Shown here in pieces: positions 27,310 to 35,981 of a stretch of 35,981 nucleotides of DNA. Within the stretch, counting starts at the first letter, position 1, and each line of letters opens with the position of its first letter. Both the position numbers and the translations under genes were made by a program. Origin of the DNA: Catajapyx aquilonaris (lineage: Eukaryota); assembly GCA_000934665.2 (NCBI GenBank), contig JYFJ02003963.1, positions 1 to 35,981 of the forward strand, read 5' to 3'. The notes beneath the pieces were generated by a model. The model saw only the letters and a list, made by a program, of their open reading frames with translations, ran no database searches and was not told the DNA's origin.

Positions 27310-30300
27310 TCACTCTCTCACTTGACTCTCCTCTTCTTTCCGGTTAGGCTTTATGCTTCCATCCACTTCACGTCCACTACCTCCACCATAACCGCCTGAT
27401 TCTTCAGGTTGCTTTGCAGCCCGAAGCCTTGTAACCCTGTAGCAATTATAAGCCCGGTAGGGTGGACGTGACACATCTCGCCTTCTGATCATTCGGGTCC
27501 GGTTCGGCACCACATCTTCCCCCTTGCCCATCATCCAGTCCCAGTTCTCTGCATCCTGGTCGCTGCTTACATTGGTCTCGGCCCATGCCTGGTGCCAGTC
27601 CTGAAAACGGGCATCGATCCTGCTGGTTACCCTGCGATGGCTTTCACGTCCCCGACGGAGTGCCTGTGGCTTGTACAAGTAGCTCTTGCTCTTCGTTGAT
27701 ATCGCCATATTGTATGTGCTAGGATGAAAAATGTAATGCATGTCCTCAGAGATTTCCATTCCTTCAGACGCCTTGGACGCATTTTCCGACTCCTCAGCTT
27801 TTGTTGTAGCATGGCAAGAGCGCAGGTTGCGTGGCAAAACTACTGGTTTGTGCATCATCACTTCCTTCAAGTCGTCTGGCAAAGTGTCATCGTTACTTAT
27901 CAAGTGTTCAACGTAAGATGACCATTTTCCAACCTCACCAATCAGTTCAGTTTCCTCAACTTCTGGGTCCAGTAGCTCCACCGTCATGCGACAGTCATCT
28001 TTGTAGACAGCAATGCGAAAGCAATTTTCTTCTCCCAGCATTTGCTCAACACAACGCTGGTAAGATGCCTCACTACGACCCCGTCCTTGTAAGTATGCAG
28101 TCATGCATCTCAAACATGTCTCATCATTGACAATGTGCTGAAGTTGGCGGACAGTATTGCCAACAACTTTGCCTAAGGTGAAGGCAATGTATGCATTGAT
28201 GCCAAACATCTCACGTAATGTGTCTTCATAAACCTTAGCTTCCATATTTCCATCAAGTACATTTTTTACCATGTCAAGAAGAGCAGGATAGTAGTCTTCA
28301 ATAAGTATCTCACACTTTGGCTTCAATTGCTGAGCTACAGCAGTTGATTCACGGCGGTTCTTACGTTCACGAGCCTCCTCTGATGCAATCCGATTTGCAT
28401 GATCATACATGCAGGTCAGCCGCTCACATAGGATGTGGTGGAGACGAAACAGAAGGTACCAGATGTTGTTACCAACCAACAATGTGTAGCTCTCAGATGT
28501 TGGTGGAGTGTCCCAAATTGGTGCATGCCAGAATTGCCTCTGCCTGTCAATCTTGTCCTTGCATTCATTCTCCTTGTCATCAATGTCATCGCGCTCATCT
28601 TCACTCAGCTCCTGGCGTGGATGAAAGAACATATCCGGCACAAATTCACGCAGCAGGCGCTTGATTTTCAGTTTGTCTTCCTTATTTATTCCTGTCTGCT
28701 GCTTCACGTGATGAATGAGAAGGTTGGCAGCATCATCAAGCACTCTCTTGTCTCGATAACACAACACAAGGTGAGGACCTTGTGGTAATTCCCCACCTTC
28801 CTCAGCCTGCTCATGCCTTTCATCATAAAGTGTCTCTACTTCATTTAAGAGGCTCTTGCTTCGTAGGGCCTTCATGTCCTTCTGCTTGAAGTTGATCCCT
28901 TTATGATCAAGTGACTTCAGGTAGTACTTCTCCGTCTGCTCACGCCACACCTTGTTGAACTTCTTTTGAGCTTCACGCCACTCCTCCTCCTTGCCCTTTA
29001 GCCGCCTTAAGACAATCGGAACTGCGACAGATGGAGTCTTCTTTAGTCCGTCAATAATATCATGCGCTTTATCACCATAGACACGACGTACGGCACTCTG
29101 GTTCACAGTTGGTGAGGTGCCTCCAAGACAATCATCAAGTTTGAATTGAGCAGCCTCCTCTGCAGACATACGAGACAACTTCTTCTGCACTGCCTCCAGG
29201 GAGCGAACAGCTGATGCATTCGTGTCAATGACAATGTCTAGCTCAAATCTTTCATCTTCACATCGGTACATGATCTCTTCATACACCGTCTTACGAGAAC
29301 TCACACAAGTGAAATCTTCAGACCACGAGAGGGATGAAACCATCCTGTCATTGAGTACCTCTTTGCAAAGGGTGGTGCGGCCCGAACACATGGGAGGAAC
29401 GAATTTTTCTGGGAAAGAAAAATAGCTGGAACCAAGTTGCTTCTTTATGGAGTAGTCAATCTCCAGGGGAGGATGACGAGCAGCTAGTTCATTTTTAGCA
29501 ACTGCACTAGGAATTGGATCAAATGTCACGATGCTGTCACTGTGGTAACCCAGGAGGTCTTTAAAGTATCTAAATAGCTCTGGAAATTTTCCCAGAAAAG
29601 GAGTCACCATTTGTACCAAATCCTTGCGTGATGCCTTCTCTTCATTGTAGATCTTCAAACATCTCAGAAAGTTATTGTACACCTCCTCTGATTTGACTGC
29701 ACGACGCACCTTGTTAAAAAAGGCATAATCAGTGAATGAACAATATTTTCCAGCTTCAGCCATTGACAGATCTTGTACTGAGGTCATCTTCGGTTTTTTA
29801 ATAGCAGGTTCCTGTGGTAATATAGCTGCTGCTGCTGCTGGGCTCTCAGTGGGTCCACACTTGGGCACAGCAGTAGCTGCAATGGTAACAATGGGGGGGG
29901 GGGGGGATTTGCAACAGTAACCACTGGCTTTCTCACAACTGAACCATAATCATTGTTGACACACTTACCGGCAAATGCCTGATGTCTTGTGGCATCTGAC
30001 AAGAACTGGCCAAACTCCTGCAGCAAATCTTCCTGGCGTTGAAACAGCTTGGCAACCTGTGAGTACACTTTTGCTTCCTTCAGTTGTTTTCCTGGAGCTG
30101 CAATTGCAGATGGTGCACCTTCTTTCACGCTGCACTGGTACGTGCGGAGAATCTTAAGAAATTGCTTGTACTTGTCTGGCTGCCTTTGAAACCGGTTCTT
30201 GACTTTGATCATATAGTTGGTGGCATGGGTGACTCCAATTGGTTTAACTTGTGGAATTACAGCTGGCACTGGCAGTGCAACAGGTGACACAACAGGAACA

Positions 30301-31121
30301 TTGTTGTGTACAGAGTGAGCAGTGGACTTTACTGTTACACCAACGGGTGCTGGTGGTGCGGTAGCAGCAACTGGAGCCAAGGCAGTCAGCCGGGGGTGGT
30401 GAGTCAGTGTGGCTCCTGTTGGAGTGTGCACTACTGTGGTCTGACAAGGCATGCTGACTGACTCCTGTTCACCAGGATGCACTTCAATTTCGTAGCCATG
30501 TGGCAGGAACATATTGAAGCCAGCAATCAACTCAGGATGCCCTCTGAAGAGGCTTGCGATAATAGCAATAACCCTCGGTGTATCAATGGACTTTGACCTG
30601 AATTCTTTCATGATGATTAAGAAGTCATTGAACACATGCGGTTGCTGTCGAAACGTGTATTTGATATGGTCCAAATATGACACCGCATATTCATGGTTCA
30701 CGTCTTGGTACTGGTGCGGCTGGCTGGTACTGGTTCCGTTACTGCCATTACCAGTGTTGGCTGGAATAGTAGGGGTTGCAGATGCAGCAGCTGCAGCAGC
30801 ATGAGCAGTAGCAACTGCTGCATTAGCAGCTCTGTACATGGCATGTTGCTGGTGCAAAGCATGCTGTTGGTTGGCAAGGGTTGCCATATTGTGCCATGTT
30901 GTTTCAACACTTCCGTCCCCGGCTAGTGCTGTTGCTGATGATGATGCCACACTACCAGTTAGTGCAATGCTGTCCAGCCTGTTCCCCAAGTCATTAAGAG
31001 ACTGTTGGTATGTTGGACTTAGAGGAGGCTGTTGGGTGACACTGGCAACTGTTGATGCTGGAGCATCGGTGACTGACAATGGAGTAGGTGTCTTGGGGGC
31101 TTCACGTCTACCAGGCTTCAT
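27310..31121 (-). CDS. Sin3A: Paired amphipathic helix protein Sin3-like corepressor, divergent near-intronless copy (probable retrogene). Either two exons 31121-29969 + 29876-27310 (1239 aa) or frameshifted at the C14 run
   Basis: PAH1 SYLDHIKYTF..FLIIMKEFRSKSIDTP..HPELIAGFNMFLP, PAH2 NYMIKVKNRFQRQPDKYKQFLKILRTYQ..DLLQEFGQFL, PAH3 EVYNNFLRCL, HID CSGRTTLCKEVLND..RCEDERFELD..YYLKSLDH, PAH4 and the C-terminal domain. Splice acceptor ttatttacag at 31191 in the 5' UTR. Confidence 0.88.
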
Positions 31122-31671
31122 GGCTGCTGCTCCTTTCTTGATTTACCTCACAGCCAGACTGTCTTCAGAATATACAGATGAATTCTGCACCTGTAAATAA
31201 CAGACCAATGTGAAGGAAAAGAATGATAATCTAGACACTTTTCATATAGGGTGAGTCATAATTCCAGGTCAATATCTCACTAGCGTCATTGCTGGCCCAA
31301 AATAAGTCTAAGATGTAGATGAACCATGTGGCCGCAAACCTGCAATAATGCACACTACTGCATACTGATTAATCCACAACTATCCACAAAAATGCGATAT
31401 CACGTCATCCGCAAATTACACAGAACAATAAAATCCTTAATTCTCCTCTGCCATCTCCTTGTTTCAAAATACAGGTAGTCCCCGGTCTATGAATGGGGCT
31501 ACGTCCCTGGAAATGTCCATAAGTTGGATTTGTACATAACGCAGATCCCCGAGGAACAGCTCATACAAGGTGCCACCCAAAAGTTCGCGAACTGACTTTT
31601 GTCTGAAAAATGAGCTTACCGTTCACCTTATTTTCCTTCATCACCTTCGAAGTAGTCTCCTTTTGAATATA

Positions 31672-33725
31672 AGAGGTAGGCGGCAAAAGTTTCCTTCCTG
31701 GCTATGTTCCAGGGGTGATAGAAATAAAACAACTATAGTGTCAGGTAGTCCCAACTATGAGTGGAGGAATGTACAAGTTTCCCCCCGCAATGTCAGTCAG
31801 TCTCTTAGAAAAGTCAACTTTAGTCAGACGAGTTGCAACATGGTGAAAATCGAGTATCGAGAGTGATCAAGTTCCTCACCAAGGCCTTACTACCATCTCT
31901 ATTAAATAGGGCTTGGATGGTGTGCATGGTGAAGCTTCCTCTTCATATTCCACAACGAAGGAATGGGCTAAGAAGGTGTGTTTGGGTTGAGAGAGTATCG
32001 AAGGCAAGCTAAGCGACTTACGGCCCATGGAGGTGCTGACAGCAGAGACCGTCTCGCTTGTGGAGGAATAGGTGCTGCAAGCAGGCCCTTGAAGGTGAAG
32101 GAACTCTTAGCAAGGTTGGAGCTTTCAGACACCACCATTCCTCTCATTCTTCATGAACACCTTCACATGAAAAAGGTCAGCACAAGATGGGTGCCCCAAC
32201 TTCTGTCCGCAATTCAAAAGCAAAAATGCGTAACATGTTGCGGAGCGTTTTCGAACCTTCGCCGTGGCAAACAGAAAGAAGTACTGGAGTTCATCGTGAC
32301 AGGAGATGAAACTATGGTCCTGTGCTATGATCCTCTATCAAAAAGAGAATTAACGGAATAGCGTAGGGCAGGCGGAAAGCGGCCAAGTGACCCGGTCAAC
32401 CAAGAAGACCATGGTGACGGTTCTTTAGAATTCCAAAGGAATCTTACTAATAGACTTCAAGGATTAAAACACGATTGTCTACGGGGAGTCTTACTCTGGC
32501 CTGCTGTACAGGTTTTGTGATGCCATGAAGGAGAGGAGATGGGGGAAGCTGAGTTGGGGTGTTCTCCAACTTCAGGATAATTCACCAGGTTACATGATAA
32601 TGTTTCCAAGGCTGCTGTGAGGAACTGTGGCTTCGAGGAGCTTGATCACCCACCCTACTGGCCCCTAGTGACTATTACCTGTTATCCAAACTCAAAAAAG
32701 AACTTCAAGGTACGGCTAAAAAGTGATAAAGAGGTGTAAGAGGAAGTATATGATCATTTTGAAGAGAAAACTTTGGACTAATTTTCCCGAGGTATTGAAA
32801 TGATAATTTTGAGATATGAGAAGTGCAGTGATGTACAAGGAGACTATATTGAAAAATGACACTGTCGTTTTATTTCGGATAAACTATTTGTTCATCCGCA
32901 CCTTAACAACACGGTCGGTGTTAGGCCTCCGACAGTTGGCAACGCTGCGTCGCAAACAATCGGGTGCCTATTGATACTGCTGCATGGTTACATGGAACTG
33001 TGCTTTATTCTTCTTTTCGGCCTTTCGGGGATTCAATTCGGGATTTTGAGGTGATTAAGTGGATGGAATAGCCCTTTGTCTTGGTGTTGCTGTATGGCTT
33101 TTTGTTACCGCAACAGTACTGTACATTGTTGTGGCCCTGCCAGGCACGGTACGTCGCCCGTGTGTGATATTTTTAGTTTTTGCGGAGCGATAGCGGAGCT
33201 GGGCGCTTATTGTGGGTTTCTGTATCCGCAACATTTACTGCCCGTCTTGTGGCGCCGCAGGCCAACGAACGTTATTGTGGCTTTGTCAAGCGCGAAGTAC
33301 ACCTTCACAGAGTCATGACGTCAAGTTCCACCCGCCACCACCCGGCTCTCCCCTCCAATCATGCCCACAACTTACTCTGCAGGCATACTACTGCACACGC
33401 TCAGAAAACACGGCTGGTGTGACATCATATCGTTCTTTGGGTTAAAGGACTGCAGCAACCATCATGGGTTTCATATTTCCCACCTCCTTCATTAATACTG
33501 TGGTCCTAACACTCGTCTGAACGGTTCGCGTGGCAGGGGTAAGAAGACGCCCTTTGTTATGCTCTCCCGGCAACCGGTTGTTTGCGACGCGTAGCCAACA
33601 TGTTTGGAGCACACGACGCCCTGCCAATTCCACCACGTCGCTAGGTGCGGATAAACGATAGACTTTCCTTTATTTCCATCACCCCTGGAACATAGCCAGG
33701 ACGGAAACTTTTGGCGCCTACCCCA
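31672..33725. mobile_element. Mariner-like long-TIR non-autonomous element inserted in the outer mariner
   Basis: TA|agaggtaggcggcaaaagtttccttcctggctatgttccaggggtgatagaaataaa and its reverse complement ending at 33725|TA. Removing it restores WEEHWDWYLYSKGDYFEGDEGK* of the host transposase. Confidence 0.85.
31840..32859 (+). pseudogene. Mariner transposase pseudogene (near full length, multiple stops and frameshifts)
   Basis: MVKIEYR..IKFLTK, LHMKKVSTRWVPQLL, IVTGDETMV..YDP, KTMVTV, LAPSDYYL, GDYIEK*. Confidence 0.88.
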
Positions 33726-35638
33726 TAGATACCAATCCCAGTGCTCTTCCCACAATTGGAATGCTTTGTCGAAGTCATTTTTTGTTAGGACTCTCAACAC
33801 CACCTGCGACCGTGGACCTGGTTTACTGAGTCAAATCATCTTCCTTTCAACTTGATTTTCATATTCGGGAATAGGAAGAAGTGGCAGGGAGCTAAATCTG
33901 GCAAAAAAAAGTGGGTAAGGGACAATCTTCATGTTTTGGGACGCCAAAAACTGCTGCGCAGCAAATGCGGGGTGGGCGCGCAAGTTATCATATTGTTGTT
34001 CTCGCGCCACTTTGCAAGGCGTTTCCTTGGAATGTCCTTCCTCAGCCACCTTTTCCGCCAGATTTAGCTCCCTGCGACTTCTTCCTAATCCAAAAATGAA
34101 AATTAAGCTGAAATAAAGAAGATCTGAGAATAATTTTATCCATTTTCTGTGGGGTTGTGCTCTTCAGAGGACGTCCAGAACGATCGTCATCTTCAATTGA
34201 AATGGGGCCATCTTTGAACCACGATTATATCACTTCTATGTCCCTAAAACATTGTCATCGAATGCATCTTATAGCATCTTGTGAGTTTGCAGCACTTTTG
34301 CCAAGTTTGAAACAAAATTGACGCTGTTCTTTTAGGCCATCCATTTTCACTCCCAGATAGAATCGCAGAACGCACCAAACACAACACTACAAAACTGCCC
34401 ACAGAAACTGATCCATTCAACCTCAGACGTTACCACTTCGCAGAGTAGTTCAGAAAGGTCACGTGCAGCACTACGTAGAGTGGTAGCAACAAACTATGTG
34501 CTGTTCAAAAGTACTAGCGTCAGTTCGCGAACTTTTGGGTTGCACCTCGTATATACAGCATAAAGATGCTGCTCCAACAAACCGCTTGCATCATGAGTGT
34601 TTGTTTACATGCGCAAAAGAATGTAGTTTCCCAATTATTTATTTATTATACCGTAATTGTATTTATGTTGAACTTGGTGTCAGTCAGGGTAAGCAGTTCT
34701 GAATGATTGAAAGCAGAGGGATAACTACCCTTCTGGGGAGCCTTGGAAGCCCGTTCGTAAGTACGGATAGCCGTAAGTCTGGTCGCTTGTTAAACCGGGA
34801 GCTACCTGTATACCAGAAAAATTTTTTTTGACCTTTTTGCCAAGTGTAAAGGAGGACCTTTTAAACTTGCTGTACAACATCTTGGCTGGGAGTTGTCTCA
34901 GTGCCAACTGCATGACTCAAGTACAGTGTGACCCAATAATGGCTGGAAAACAAGGTCAGCTCTGTGGCCCAGCACGCGGAGGGGAGTTCATTAAGACTCC
35001 CAGATACATTGAGCAGAGCACATAATTATGTACCTCAACCTTGAGACACGAAACTTGTGACTAGAAAGCTTAGGTAAGTGCGAGATGGGCAAATCACCCC
35101 GGATCCAGTAAACAGTGCCTTCTTATGCGTCAAGTAATCAAAAGCAGCATATTTTCCCACCAAGGGGCCAAGAAATGGTCTGTTATAGCCGAGGTGATGT
35201 GAAAATGAGTCTGCAAAATAAAAATGCACAGGGCCTGATGGAAGTATGCCAGGACCAGGTTTTTGAGTCGACATTAACTGTGAGACTCTTAAAAGTTAGG
35301 CCATTATATCCAGAGTCAACAGTATTTCCGAGCTTCAGAAATTTAGTGATCCTTGGCACTTGAGGTCAGTAGCTGGACCAATTTTGCCAAGTCTACACAC
35401 TTCTGCATCCAGGCATGGAGGCAGCCGTTAGATGGGATGGTCAACAAATAAATTGTTATTGTTCAATATGTATATTGGATTGTTACATATTCCGCTCAAA
35501 TGTTAAGCATCGTGTTAAGTACATACAGCATGTTCCTATTGAAATGATAATGGTTTGCAAAATTTTGGGGCACTAAGCAGCTCATTTCAAGCAGTTGTAT
35601 GGTTACTAAAAGTAAGCATAAGATTCTATAATACAATA

Positions 35639-35784
35639 CGAGGGCCTTACCAAATGATTTACAATTTATTTTTTTGCCACAAATACAGGGCCCTTGCAGG
35701 TAGGCAGATGCGTGGCACACATTATCGACATAATCCTCCTGGAGCCGAATGCACTGGTGCCACAAGTGTGGCAGCATCTCCAGG
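35639..35784 (-). mobile_element. 3' end of another mariner relic
   Basis: TA|cgagggccttacc terminus; minus-strand LPHLWHQCIRLQEDYVD resembles a mariner C-terminus. Confidence 0.65.
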
Positions 35785-35981
35785 CAGTGCTGCATTAACC
35801 AACAAGCCCAACAAGCCCGGGCTTGGGGCGCGCGAGTTTTAGGAGCGCAAAATTTTGGACTCTGCACTTTAGATATATTGAAAAAATTATTTATTAATTT
35901 ATTAATTTATTTAAAATTATTATGCACTGCTTTGCTAATTCTATCAGTGGCGTAACGGCAGGGGGGGGGGGGGGCTAAAAT
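35785..35981. mobile_element. Left ends of two probable hAT-type MITEs (35785 and 35945), running off the window
   Basis: cagtgctgcattaacc...gcccgggcttggggcgcg abruptly interrupts the mariner relic, and cagtggcgtaac + G-run begins at 35945. The partner TIRs are not visible. Confidence 0.45.

Larger units (their letters stand above)
31566..34549 (-). mobile_element. Degenerate mariner element interrupted by insertions
   Basis: 31-bp TIRs caaggtgccacccaaaagttcgcgaactgac / gtcagttcgcgaacttttgggttgcacctcg with TA. Minus-strand remnants MDGLKEQR..FCFKLGKSA (~34340), PDLAPCHFFLFP (~33880) and GDYFEGD (~31650). Confidence 0.85.
31472..34808. mobile_element. Tigger/pogo-like element (outermost shell of a nest)
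   Basis: TA|caggtagtccccggtctatga ... ttaaaccgggagctacctg|TA, with subterminal cgtaag repeats at the right end. Confidence 0.6.

Noticed and set aside
29877..29924. Alternative 48-nt GT-AG intron over the C14 run.
   Set aside because: Weak donor, and its length is a multiple of 3, so it would not restore the Sin3 frame.
27627..31200. Numerous short antisense or alternate-frame ORFs over Sin3, and likewise over the IR and ATPase exons.
   Set aside because: They are shadows of real coding sequence with no recognisable domains.

Overview
Eukaryotic genomic DNA, very probably arthropod. It holds five protein-coding loci embedded in dense DNA-transposon debris. (1) PTCD3/MRPS39 on the minus strand: 9 coding exons resolved from 9796 down to 1059, with the 3' end apparently off-window. 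(2) An intronless divergent ionotropic chemoreceptor (minus). (3) A complete but divergent 17-exon Na+/K+-ATPase alpha paralogue (minus, 1007 aa, one GC-AG intron). (4) A single-coding-exon MATH-BTB (SPOP-like) gene (plus). (5) A nearly intronless, divergent Sin3A-like copy (minus). Its frame break at a C14 run is exactly repaired by a 92-nt GTAAGT...TTGCAG intron whose sequence still looks like Sin3 coding sequence, which makes it a candidate intronization event. Introns and intergenic DNA carry mariner relics, Tc1/mariner-, pogo-, hAT- and Harbinger-type MITEs and Helitron-like elements. Many are long palindromes or are nested up to four levels deep. One near-pristine mariner derivative has two 5' ends and encodes only the DNA-binding domain. 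All alignments were done by eye and no database searches were run.
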